Shown here piece after piece: positions 51,430-64,000 of a stretch of DNA of 64,000 bases. Position 1 is the stretch's first letter. Every line of letters starts with the position of its first letter. Under the pieces are notes generated by a model that saw only the letters and a list, made by a program, of their open reading frames with translations, did no database searches and was not told the DNA's origin. The stretch lies in assembly GCF_023055435.1 (NCBI RefSeq), contig NW_025963802.1, positions 36,704,001-36,768,000 of the forward strand, written 5' to 3'. Source of the stretch: Haliotis rufescens (Eukaryota). Both the position numbers and the translations under genes were made by a program.

Positions 51430-53265
51430 GGCGTTATCCATCTTAAACTGAATCATTCAATCTTGTACAAACTTTTGTAAGAAAAGTGTCTTCGAAGGGA
51501 GACAACTGATATGACGCGGAGTGTTGGTCTGCATGTAACACAACTCGGCGCTTTCTGCGTGCAGTTCAAGTTAGTAACAATAACTGCGATCGACAATGTT
51601 ACGTCGAGTTGTGGTCATTCTTTTAACAGTTATGTGCTGCTAAGTTGTCATTAGCATTTTCAAATGTAATGTACTTTCTGCAAAAGACAATAAGTTATTT
51701 TGGAGAACAGTTAAATCAATTTTGTCAACAACAATACGACTGTATGGATTAATCATTTTCAGCAGCTTTTTCAGGGATTGCATGTATCAGCGGATGAGGA
51801 ACATTTTATTGTTAATGATAATCTCGTAGAATCATCCGTTGATTTTGATGATTAGGATGAAGAAATCTGTTATCAAGATATAACTGATGCAATTCAAGAT
51901 ATGCAAACTGGTGAAGCTCCAGGATATAGTGGAAATCCAATTGAAATTTTCGAAAATGAACTAGATTTAAGTATTAATTTGCTAAAAGCTTTATTTAACA
52001 GTGTTTTACCTACAGGTATGTATCCACCTGAATGGTCCTATTGAGTTATTATTTCCCTTATAAGAAGGGTTGATTTTGATGAAATCATTGGGCCAAGCGG
52101 GAACTTTTTCCATTCAGGAGCAGTCTGGGTTTAGATATGGTTTTCAGACCCACGATAATATTTCTGTTCTCAGCACCATCATTAATAAGTACCTATAAAT
52201 ATAATGGGTGGTTGTATCGCGCCTTTATTGATTTAAAGTCGGCCTTTGACTCTGTAGACAGGTAGAGGGGTTTTCTTACTAATATGTGATGGGAAATGCC
52301 AAAGGCAAAACCTTTAGATTATTAAAAAGCGTGTATGGAAAAATTTAAGCTTGTATTTCAGTGAAGGATGGATATACTTCTTTTTTATTGTATATTTGGC
52401 TACGTCAAGGGTGCAAGTTATCACCTTTCCCTTTTCTCTTTGTTTTTTAATGATATTGTTGAAAGTCCTTATGCAGACAGCAGTCAGAGGTGTATTAATT
52501 TAGAATTTATTGAGTTATTTATGTGACATTGTATCGTTTGATCTCTCAGCTTTAAGTTTACAAAAGAGGCTAGACAAGTTATTTTGTATTGCAATAAATG
52601 CGGACTAAAAGGAGATGTTGATTAGAGTAAGGTAGTTGTGTTCAGAAAGGCTGACAGATTAAAACGTTCCGAAACATTCTTCTGAATGGAAAACAGTTTC
52701 ATCAAAAATGTTCTGGGGTTCCATTTTTCGTGTTCAGAATCATGGTATTTTACACAAAACACCTTAGCTGAGCAAGCATGGAAAGTATCATTTATCCTTA
52801 AATTATCAACAATGTTTTTTGATAATTTGCAAACGAAGGTATTGTTACATTTATTTGATTTCAAATGTCTTCCAAGTTTATTGTACGGGAGTGAAGTTTG
52901 GGATGTCCATCCATCACCAAATATCAATAATGTACAAAACAAGTTTTGTAGACAAGTGGTGGGTTTCTCAAGAAATACACCAAACATTGTTGTTCGTTCT
53001 GAAATTGGTCGTTATTCATTAAAAGTGAATCAGTATTGTTGAATTATTAAACATTAGACTCATTTGTTATCGCAAGTGTATAGTCATTTGGGAAACATTG
53101 CAAAGAATCGTTCAAAACTCCAGGTTTTATTAGTCACATGTGGGATGAAAGAGGGAAGAACAAGACGTATGAGGCTCTTTGAGAACATGCTCGATTGTTT
53201 CTCAAACGTTGCGAAATGTAAACACCAAATGCTGGAGCTGTGGTCATTTACATTTAATTATTAAC
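51430..53265 (+). mobile_element. Decayed CR1/L2-group LINE RT (unit copy)
   Basis: Near-identical to 42670-44570. Confidence 0.85.
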
Positions 53266-54024
53266 ACGTCAATTTGTGTAGGAATATTGATGTAAAACGT
53301 ATTCGCAACCAAAAGGTAAGTGATCTATAACAAATATAAAGTGTTGGACAGTGTTCTGATTTGCTGGGTGGTATGACATAGCCATGTTTGGATTATATCT
53401 AGCGTACATTTTTCGAACAGCCAGCAATGTTCTCAATGCCATAACAGTGTTATATCAAGTCGTTTACTCGGCATGCTGAAGACCTAGGTTCGATTCCCTA
53501 TTTTGGTACAATGTGTGAAGCCCATTCTTGATGTCCCATTCGTGGTATAACCACAGCATTATTATAAGACTGAGACTCGAGTGATATTCTCTGTACCTTT
53601 CTTGTTCTACTGTAAATGACTTTGAGCCGAATACCAAAATTAAATAAAATGACAGAAAATATTTCTATCATTATATGATATCTCTAAAATAAATCTGGAT
53701 CACTATCAAATAGTGCTTATACAATGAGTCTAACGTCCAACAAGAGACTTAACAGCAATAATTGTCGGAATAACGTGAAGCTTTTGAACGTTTTCCATCT
53801 ATTATATTCGATGAAAACAAGAAGATGCAAATACGTGGACATATACACAGTAATCACCGCTTAAAGTCAAATCATTTTTTTGTTTCTGCTGAAGCTGCAC
53901 ACGCACGCGCGCGCACACACACACACACAGAAGAAATAAAAGAAAAACAATAGCTTTCTCCGTGTGCTTCCTTTTAAAGATTAATAGACACCTAACTATC
54001 ATGAAAATTCTCTACAAACATGAA

Positions 54025-54458
54025 TCTATTCCAGCTAATCCAGATCATTCTAACTGGCCCTTGATAAACCTGCTTACTTCACACCTTAACTCAGCCAGTA
54101 GGGAATCCACGCTGAATATGCGCCTTAATTAAACATCTCGTTTGCCATGTAAATAGAAAATCGTCCTTAATTGTCATTCAGCGGACGACCACAACGAACT
54201 GAACCCTGCGTTGTCAATACATGGGTTAACGGTACATTTGATGTCCTACCTGGTGATTACCCCAGGATAATCCCCCTCACACCCTCGTATGAGTAGCTCC
54301 TTATACCTACAGGGGACACAAGCGATCCCGCATTTTCACACCAAGCCCACATTCTTAACCGTTCTCCTCTAATGTGTTAATGTTTATATAAGTTTTCAAC
54401 TAATCGATCAACGAGTGTTGTCGTTGTTATGTAAATATGTTGTTTTAGTGCAGGTATA
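54025..54458 (+). promoter_or_regulatory. Conserved upstream module of copy 8
   Basis: Near-identical to the copy 7 module. Confidence 0.6.
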
Positions 54459-54575
54459 CATACAACAGATGCAAGACACAGCGTCATTCCCCTGGCAACT
54501 GCATAACTTGTAAATATCTGACCATAGATATAAATTTCTTAACATTCAGAATAGTTTGACGAAATCTGTCCCACA

Positions 54576-56448
54576 ATGGCAAGAAGAGAATGTATACCAG
54601 AAGTCTTTATCCCAAAGAGCCTTGATTTCGATGACGAAGACTCACGTGATAGTGGCTTTGAGTCACTTTGCAGTGACAATGAGGTTTGTGGAACTATGTA
54701 TAATCGAACTGACAACAGCTACATTGGGCAGATAGTGATATATACGCAGCAATGGATATAGAGAGCTATGGATAATGAATAGTTAAATGGTTGCATAAGA
54801 TGATTTTAAAAAAGGAAGTGTGATTTTACATGTAATTGTTTAGCCAACATTGAAATTTAATGTATGCATGTTTCTTCATCAGGTGTCCCCACAACCTTTG
54901 GATGACAGGAAAGCTGATTTCCATGGAACAAGGAAGTCACTGTTCGGAGGAAAGAGACAACGTGACAATGGTGATGACGGAGTTAATTATGTTCAAGCAA
55001 GGCAGATCAAGAAACAAAAAACAGCCAGCTGTGGCCATAACCTCCATGACGAAGTAACATCAGAGGTCATGAAGACAGCAGTTGATAAAATGCAAAATGA
55101 AGTTGATCTCATCGGTGATGGTTCACAGGTTAGTTGAGGATTCGTCCTTCCATTCTAATATTGATTATATAGACCTTCTGACTTGCTTAATCTATTTGAA
55201 TGAGAAGGAAATCCACATTTTCAAGTTGCCATTATGTTTTCAGGTTCATAGTCTCCCAACGATACAAGGCAGACACAAGGATCTCAAATCTGTGACTCCA
55301 CACACAGTCAGTCAGCTTCTAGCAGGAGAGTACGATGACGTCATTTCCACCTACAGGATCATTGACTGTCGTTACCCATATGAGTATGAAGGTGGTCACA
55401 TTGAGGTACGCAGCTGTCTTTAAGCTTGTACAATGGAATGTAATCTATGTTTTTGATTGCTCATGTAATATCTTTGCATAATACACACACAAAATTACTG
55501 ACATCAAAATTTTGCGAAGAGTTTGCTGAGCTTATATTCTTACATTATTTACTTCAGGGTGCCGAGAACCTTCACACCCACGCTCTGATCACAGACTTAG
55601 TGACCAGTCTACAGGGGAGGGACTCCACTCAACGGAACATCCTGGTCTTCCATTGTGAATTTTCATCAGAGAGAGGCCCGAAACTGTAAGTATTCTTTCT
55701 TACGTAAAACACAGTTGCAGTTGACGTAAAGGACTCAGACGTTAAACGTTTAGATCATTGTTCACATGAAAATTGATGATGCAGTTTCTATTGTTAATAC
55801 ATTGTACGTTGTTTCTCGTGTATAACACTTGAAACAGTCGACGAAAAAGATCGTCCGGTCATAAGTTTACTGCACTACCCAAAATAATTGATTGTTTGGG
55901 GGTTGGTTTTTTAATTTGTTTTATCTTATGTAACAATGATTTCAATTATGTATCTTCTGATACAGATTGAGACTTCTTAGAAACCTTGACCGGAAACTGA
56001 ACAGTGACCGTTACCCTTTCCTCTTCTACCCGGAAGTATACCTGTTAGATGGCGGATACAAGGCCTTCTATGAACAACATCAGGTAGGTTGGCGAATATT
56101 CGAAACTGACGGGTCCAAATGTAAATATGTCCTTATTTAAATGCATACCTTTTGATATTCATTTTAATATACATTCTAAATTTAAAGTTATCTGTCCTAC
56201 CCTTTTGGGGTAGAATGTTGTGTTATCAGTGAATTAATGTGTCACACGGATGGTCATAAATACTTTCTTATAACTTTCAGTCTCAGTGCAATCCAAGAAG
56301 TTACGTCCCTATGCTGCACCAGGATTACTCCAAACGACTACGTCACTTCCGAGTAAAGTCCAAGTCATGGACAGCAGGAGAAAAACAGAGCATGCGCAGT
56401 CGACGTCTCATAATAGATTCGTCTCCGCTTAAGATGTCTCCATGGTAA
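54576..56448 (+). CDS. cdc25: Cdc25 copy 8, 6 coding exons, 309 aa, intact
   Basis: Exons 54576-54683, 54883-55128, 55244-55405, 55558-55685, 55966-56083, 56281-56448; all GT-AG; AATAAA at 56658-56663. Confidence 0.94.
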
Positions 56449-56967
56449 TCTGGAAGATGAATTGCTGAAATACGAAATGTCACCTGTTGTCCGAGTGTTG
56501 GATTTCAGAGATTTGTTGTTTATTGTCACTGTTATTGTTGATTATGTTGGTGCCTGAATGTTGAGGTAATCACGGAATACTTCATACATACGTTGACCTG
56601 TTTTGTCAACCACACTGTGATACCGTCTTGTTATCGACTGTTTCTTTGTATGATATGAATAAATACTGATCTTCAGCTCGTTTAGTGTCCTCACTTCCCT
56701 CACTCTCACACGTCAGATCACAAACGTTCTTTTTAATCGATGGTATGTCTCTGTTGTTTGTCTAGTTCAGTTACAATTTCAATATATTTGGTCGAATGTG
56801 CCGTGAATCTGGTGAAGTCCAGGAGCCACTTGCACAAGGCGACGATCGCGCTAAAACACTAGTGTAAGTCTGTGTTAGTATGGAAGTTACAAAGGCGAAG
56901 GCGCTAAGATCGCCATGATTACTAAAGCTTCGTTAAATTTCAATGTCTGTACACTATACACCATGCC

Positions 56968-57995
56968 GACAGACGGACTGACAGTTTATTAGGGTCTCAC
57001 CTCATGTACAGCAATATATACATTAAATAATATGCGAAATTTACTTCATGCACTCCTGAAGGTTAACTTGTTAACTTGAGTATAAGGTTCCATACAGTAA
57101 TCTTGTTTGAAAAGACGATAAGTTCTCAATTTTCTATCATTTTGTCGAATGTTGTCTCTCCATGCTTCCAATATTTTCAGTTCATATGCATTAATAACAC
57201 TATCGATCACATTCTTGGATATAAAAGTTTCAATGTTGCAGAAAATACTCGACCCTTGGTTTTCAAAGAACTTGTAAATTCTGAAGTTCCAGACCCGTGA
57301 AGATTCTGGGGTAGAATAGGTCTTCAGCAACCAATACTTGGCGTTAAAAGCGACTTTGCATGTCGTAAAAGGCGACTAATGGGATCGGGTGGTCAGGCTG
57401 ACTTGGTTGATACATGTCATCGATCCCAATTGCGTGGATCGATGCTCATGATGTCAATCACTGGATTGTCTGGTCCAGACTCGATTATTTTACAGACCGC
57501 CGTCATGTAGCTGGAATATTGCTGAGTGCGACGTTAAACAACAAACCAACCAACCAACCATATCTTAAATCTTGATACTCGGTAATTATCCAGTAGGAGG
57601 AATATTCTTCTGTTCAATCCATCCACATTCATGTTCACTGACGTAACACGGCTTTCCACAGATTGACTCACACAGGGGTCCATCCCATCTCCCCCTGTAC
57701 TGCATCATTAGGAGTATATTTTCCGACTCAAAGAAAATGTCTACACGCTCTGTTTTGAATCTTGTAATTGTAGAAAATTCTCTAGTTCCCCAAACTGATG
57801 CGCCATACGTAAGCACAGGTAGCACAATTGCATCATACAGTTTGAAATACGCATCGTAGGGGAGACCACCCAGGGCTTTACTCTTTGCAATAATAAGACC
57901 CAGGGCTCTACTCGCTGACTGTGAAACTGCTTTTGCCGTCGTGGTAAAATCCAGGAATTCATCAATTAAAAGTCAGAGATAGTTGTACTCCAAAG
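56968..57995 (-). mobile_element. LINE 3' portion (paralogue of 38228-39390), interrupted by a SINE
   Basis: LPVLTYGASVWG and RKLRTYRLFKQDYCMEPY; same tail. Confidence 0.78.
57292..57557 (+). mobile_element. SINE-like retroposon with (CCAA)n tail nested in the LINE
   Basis: Starts GACCCGTGAAGATT like the 14336 element; absent from the paralogous site at ~38940. Confidence 0.88.
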
Positions 57996-59300
57996 ACACT
58001 TGCGACCCAGTCGTCATCGTGACTTTCACCAAAGTAAGTGATTAAAATGTACCTCACCAACGCCTATTGGGATTTTACCCCACAGTAAGCTGACATGTGG
58101 ACATACAAAATTGATTTTGATTTTTATCTGAGTGATCCGTGGTTTATGTTTTAGATAAGCAAAGAATAAAGTAAGATTATCAGACCATGAAGAAAAATAA
58201 CAGGAGCATAATTAGAATTATTAATTGTTACATTATAAGAATGGAATAGTATAGATTACAATGTGTATTATTGGCTTTATATATATTTTCAGTTTAGCAA
58301 ACTGAAGTAAAAATAAAATAACAATGTGTCATAATTTGTCTTGATCTAAATGATGTTATGGTATACCATTTAGTTTTCTTTATTTCTCTTCAAAATGTCA
58401 GAGCGGGACAAACAGACAGACTGATGGGTGGGGGATGGGGGAGGATACAAAATGCATCTGAGACAGTCATGTGGTTCTAGTATCACTCAGTTACAATGCT
58501 TATAAAGAACATACACATTGTAGAAAGTAATATTCATGTGTTAAAGATATATAAATCATTTATTCGGATACTTACTATAAATCTTATTGGGTTTTAAAAA
58601 GTACAAATCCATATAAACTGGCAGTGTAGTCATATTCGGATGTATTGAATAATGACTTAATTATCATATTTGCCCAGGCTCCCGTTTGTTCCAAAGTACT
58701 GTGATATCCATAGACTGGTATTGCATTCATATCTCACTTGGGAAAAACGCTCGTCATTTGAGTGTCAAGACTCCACGGTAATGCTGTGCGCGTGGTTAAA
58801 ACATTAAACATCTTTTTCAAGGTTACAGGCTGACGTGAAATACATACGCATGACTGTTAATGCCGTGAATAACTGTCAACTAAAGTACCAGATACAATAG
58901 AATCTGTAAAGCTGTAAACTGAACATTGATTGACTTCATTGAATAGCCAATTAATGTCGTTTATATCAAACGTGAATATTCTTAAATTTATCGGAAAACG
59001 GAATTTAGGCCACTGAACCAGTGAAGTGTTTGTGACGGTGACATCGGTGGGGCAGGATACGCCCACCTTTTCGCGAACACCTGGTATCATCACCATGATA
59101 CTTATTCATAAACACATGCTTGTCGGAATCGTATATTTGGCCAGCAGAATTTGCTTATGACGTTTGTGGGTTTCAGTCAGTAAGTGAAGTGTTAATGCAT
59201 GTACAAACAATGGAACAGGAGACCGGACACCAAAAAGAAATGCACAATATTTCACGATGTGTTACGTATTTTGTGTTAATGTGATACTCTACAAGCATTA

Positions 59301-59733
59301 GTCTAATCCCGATCATCCCGATCACCCTAACTTCCCTTTAATAAATATGCTTTCTTTACACCTTAATCCAGCTGGAAGGGAATACATGCAGAAAGTGAGC
59401 CCGCATTCAATATCTTGTTCACAAATTAAATATAAATCTTCCTTAATTGCCATTCAACTGACGACGAGAACGACCTGAATTCGGTGCTATCCAAACATGG
59501 GCTGCAGGTACATTTGAAGTTCTACCTGGATGATTACCCCGGCATAATCCCTTCTCACCTTCGTATAGGTAGCTACGTATCTACGGGGGACACAAGCGAT
59601 CGCACATTCACACCAAGCCCACATACTTAACTGATCTCCTTTAATGTGTGAATGTTTATACTGCTTCCATTAACCAATATAGACAATGTACGATCAATTG
59701 GGTAACGAATCAATCAACGAGTGTTTTCTTTGC
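59301..59733 (+). promoter_or_regulatory. Orphan upstream module
   Basis: Near-identical to 40676-41108. Confidence 0.55.
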
Positions 59734-61094
59734 TCAGCGATCTTACCCACACAGCCACCGGGGCGTCCACAAAATGAAAGTCCGACAACTGTTAGTCAAG
59801 ATCACTTGATCAAGGTACTTTTTTTTACCCCTCTGACAAGTCTAAATCTAGACTTCCAGTTGTCAGACTTTCATTTCTTGAAAGCCTTGGTGGCTGGGTT
59901 AGATCGCTGACTTTGTGTGCTGGCGATTAAGTGCCTCACTCTGGGAGTGTGGGTTTGAATCCCGGATGGGACTTAACCCAAAAAGAACTAGCTAGAATCT
60001 ATACCAGAAAATGTTATCACGAATATAAGAAATTGCAAATGTATATTACTAATTGGTTCAAATCTGAAAAAGTAACTTCAGTAACATGTGCATCCCAGCC
60101 TTTGTTGGGAGACTTAAAAATCCTGTTATCTCAGGTGTTCTATTGAATTATTCTCTGTATGTTTGGGGCAAAAGATTCATTGCTGAAACATAATAAACAA
60201 TAGCATCAATCGCTGGACAGGATTGCTATATAAAACGAGTTCATAGTATAGGAACCTGTTATGCTACAATAATATATGCAATGTCAGTCCTTTGAAGAAA
60301 TTGAATGATATCGAAAACATGTTCAAAATCCACTAATCTGGACAATATTGATCCTGGCACCAAATTTGGGTACTTACATTACATGAAATAGATACCTTTT
60401 CAATTTGAAATTTCTTCTTAAACTTACGTTTTAAGACTTTATGAACCTTTGTGATTCCCATACGTTTACACGGAATGGATTGGAAAACAAGTCGTGCGAC
60501 TTATATGAATACTTTTCCAGTAATACGTACAATTGAAAATGAAATACAGTAAAGGTAGCAATAACTGAGAGATTATGCCATTGGATATGATGAAGGTGTG
60601 TCGGGGGGTGCTATAGGCTATATAAACTGGTTAATGATCAATTTGAAAATAGTTTTGTTTGTTTAATATCATCACGAACAGATGCCAAAATTGTTTGCTT
60701 TAACGTTTCCGATTTCTAGGGAAGTGCCATAAGATGCCAAACAGATGTACTATCCCATAGTATAGAAGTATGAGTTTGATCTTTATGGTTCTATAAATTG
60801 GACATATTAAGAAACAATGAGCAGTGTCCTCGCATACCGAACCACGGGAACAAGAAGGGTCTTCGCAGATGTGTCTACAGTACTTGCAGATCTAGACTTT
60901 CAAGTCAGTACATCTTAGTCGCAGTCAAAGTAAAATTGTTGTGCACAATCATAAAATTTTATTAATAACTCGTTTAAAATATCATATGAACCTGCGTTAG
61001 TCAAATCTGGCGATAAAATGTTCCGTAAGTTCGTTCTAGTGTGAATAAAATTATTTTCATAGTTTTTAGTTCTGCATTCAATAACTTGTAAAAA

Positions 61095-62340
61095 GTATTT
61101 TGATGATTTGGATAAAGAAATCTGGTATCAAGATAATATTGATGAAATTCGATATATGCAAATTGGTAAAACTCCCGGATATAGTGGAATTCCAATTGAA
61201 ATTTTCAAAAATGCACCAGAATTAAGTATTAATTGGCTAAAATCTTTATCTACAGGTATGTATCCACCTGAATGGTCCAACTGAGTTATTATTTCCCTTC
61301 TATAAGAAGAGTAGATCTGACTGTCCACCAAACTATTGACTATTGCTTGAAGTTTCGGGTAAAATTTTCTCTCAAGTTTTTATTGATAGATGAAATCATT
61401 GGGCCAAGCGGGAACATTTTTTCATTCACAAGCAGGCTGGGTAAAGATATGGTTTTCAGACGCACGATAATATTTTTGTTCTCAGCACCATCATTAATAA
61501 GTACCTATAAATATAATGGGCAGTTGTATTGCGCCTTTATTGATTTAAAGTCAGCCTTTAACTCTGTAGACAGGTATAGGTGATTTATTACAAACTTGTG
61601 CTAGGAAATGTCAAAGGCAAGACCTTTAGATTGTTAAGAAGCGTGTATGAAAAAGTTCAAGCTTGTATTTCAGTGAAGAATGGATATACATTTCTTTATT
61701 GTTTATTGGCGTACGTCAAGGGTGCCAGTTATCACCTTTCCTTTTCTCTTTGTTTGTTAATGATATTGTTGAAAGTCCATATGCAGGATTAATTTAGAAT
61801 TTATTGAGTTATTTATGTGACATTGTATTGTTTGATCTCTCAGTTTTAAGTTTAGAAAAAAGGCGAGACAAAGTAGTTTTGTACTGCAATAAATTGAAAT
61901 TAACAATAAATCTTGATACGAGGAAAGTAATTGTATTCAGAATGGCTGACAGATTAAAATGCTACTAATCATTCTTTCTGAATGGAAATCCTCTTGAAAT
62001 AGTTTCATTCCAAACTTTCTGGGGGTCCATTTTTCGTGCTCAGGATCATGGATGAAAAGTAGTAGTAATCCTTTAATCATCATAATGTTTTTGATAATTT
62101 GCCAACGAAGGTATTGTTACATATATTTCATGTCAAAAGTCTTCCAATTTTGTTGCTCGGGAGTGCTGTTTGGGCTTTTCATCCATCAGCAAATGCCATT
62201 AATCTACCAAACAAGTTGTTGAGTTATTAAATATTGAACTCATTTGTTATCGCGAGTGGATAGTCATTTGGGAAACATTGCAAGGAATCGTTCAAGACTC
62301 CAGGTTATATTAGTCACAAGCGAGATGTAACAAGGAAGAT
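61095..62340 (+). mobile_element. Decayed CR1/L2-group LINE RT (more divergent unit copy)
   Basis: YCAFIDLKSAFNSVDR and GNVKGKTFRLLRSVYEKVQACI. Confidence 0.82.
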
Positions 62341-63004
62341 TATGTCTATTGAAGCAATTTACTTTTAATTATTAACACGTTAATTTGTTAATGAATATTG
62401 ATATATATATTTTGTGAATTAAAAACGGTTTCGCAACCAAACGGTAAATGATCTAGACAGTTTTTTTATTTGCTGGAAATAGCCATGAATGGATTATATT
62501 TGGTGAACATTTTTGGAACAGCCAGCGATGTTCTTAATGTCATTAGATCGTAATATCAAGTCGTTTGATCACTATGCTGAAGATCTAAATTCCATTCCCT
62601 ATATTGGTACAATATGTGACACCCATTCGTGGTGGCATATTCGTGGTATTACCACAGCGTTGTTATAAGACTGAGGCTAAAGCACAAAATCTACTGTAAA
62701 TGACTGTGAGCCGAATACCAGATTCAAATAAAATAAAGTGACAGAAAACATTTCAATAATCATAAATTATCTTTAATAAAATCTGAAACACTATCAAATC
62801 GTGCTTGTATAATTATTCTAACGTCCAACAAGAAAACATACAGACAGTAATAACCTCATTTAGTCAAATCATTTTATTGTTTCTGCTAAAGTTGCCATAG
62901 AACCACACACACACACTAAACAGAAAAACAATAACTTTTTCCATGTGCCTCCCTTACAAGATTAATAGACACGTAACTGACAAGACATTCTCTACAAACA
63001 TGAA

Positions 63005-63450
63005 TCTAGTCCACCTAATCCAGATCATTCTAACTGGCCCTTGTTAAACCTGCTTACTTTACATCTTAACACAGCCACATTGCACCTTGATGAAACATCT
63101 CGTTTGCCATGTAAATACAAATCGTCCTAAATTGTCATTCAGCGCACGACCACAACAAACTGAATCCTGCTTTATCAAAACATGTGTTAACGGTACATTT
63201 GATGTCCTACCTGGTGATTACCTTGGGATAATCCCCCTCACACCTTCGTTTAGGTAGTTCCATACCTATGGGGGAGGCAAGCGATCCCGCATTTTCACAC
63301 CAAGCCAACATTCTTAACCGATCTCTTCTAATGTGTTAATGTTTACATAAGTTTTCATTAAATAGAATAAAGAAAGTGCGATCGATTGGTCGCCCAATCG
63401 ATCAACGAGTGCTGTCTTTGTTATGTAAATATGTTGTTTTAGTACAGGTT
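63005..63450 (+). promoter_or_regulatory. Conserved upstream module of copy 9
   Basis: Proximal module, more divergent than those of copies 5-8. Confidence 0.6.
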
Positions 63451-63568
63451 TATATACAACAGATGCAAGACACAGCATCATTCACCTGCCAACTGCATAA
63501 CGTGCACATACATGACCATAAATATACTTTCTTAACATTCAGAATTGTTTGAAGAAATCTGTCCCACA

Positions 63569-64000
63569 ATGCCGAGAAGAGAATGTCAGAGTTTACCAGA
63601 AGTCTTTATCCCAAAGAGCCTTGTTTTCGAAGACGAAGACTCACGTGATAGTGGCTTTGAATCACTTTGCAGTGACAGTGAGGTTTGTCGAATTGTGTAT
63701 AATCGAACAGAGAACAGCTACTTCTTAAATATATAAAGCAGACAGAAATATATATGCAGTAATGGATATGGATAATGGATAGTTAAAGGGTTGGATGAGT
63801 CGGTTTCAAAAAAGAAATGTGATGCTTTTACATGTAATTGTTAAGCCAACATTGAAATGTACTGTATGCATGTTTCTTCATCAGGTGTCCCCACAACCTT
63901 TGGATCACAGGAAAGCGGGTTTCCATGGAACAAGGAAGTCACTGTTCGGAGGAAAGAGACAGCGTGACAATGGTGATGACGGAGATTATGTTCAAGCGAG
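63569..64000 (+). CDS. cdc25: Cdc25 copy 9, 5' part (runs off window end)
   Basis: Exon 63569-63682 ([38 protein letters not shown]) and exon 63885->64000 ([27 protein letters not shown]...), open so far. Confidence 0.85.

Noticed and set aside
42300-56300. Copies 7 and 8 as a purely artefactual duplicate
   Set aside because: They differ by several substitutions, spacer indels and different 3' flanks, so they are kept as separate loci, although long reads are needed to exclude uncollapsed haplotypes.
18580-64000. CRISPR-like or prokaryotic repeat/defence system
   Set aside because: Repeats are multi-kilobase segmental units containing spliceosomal-intron genes; there is no short repeat-spacer array and no cas-like ORF.

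Overview
Eukaryotic (metazoan), AT-rich, intron-containing DNA; the retroelement content looks mollusc-like, but that is inference. The window is almost entirely a locally amplified Cdc25 (M-phase inducer phosphatase) gene cluster. I reconstructed nine gene copies exon by exon: three on the minus strand (copies 1-3), then a head-to-head pivot at about 16-18.5 kb, then six on the plus strand in 8.5-10 kb tandem units (copies 4-9). Six copies (2, 3, 5, 6, 7, 8) have complete GT-AG spliced ORFs of only 308-322 aa, each with an intact DCR motif and HCEFSSERG active site plus an N-terminal DSGFES degron. Copy 1 has an in-frame stop, copy 4 has lost its catalytic exon and two splice donors, and copy 9 is cut by the window end. 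There are also two heavily deleted plus-strand Cdc25 relics lacking the catalytic domain, and five gene-less copies of a conserved ~430 bp upstream module. The spacers hold decayed LINE, Penelope-like, SINE and MITE remnants that were co-amplified with the genes. No prokaryotic features, CRISPR arrays or rRNA were seen.
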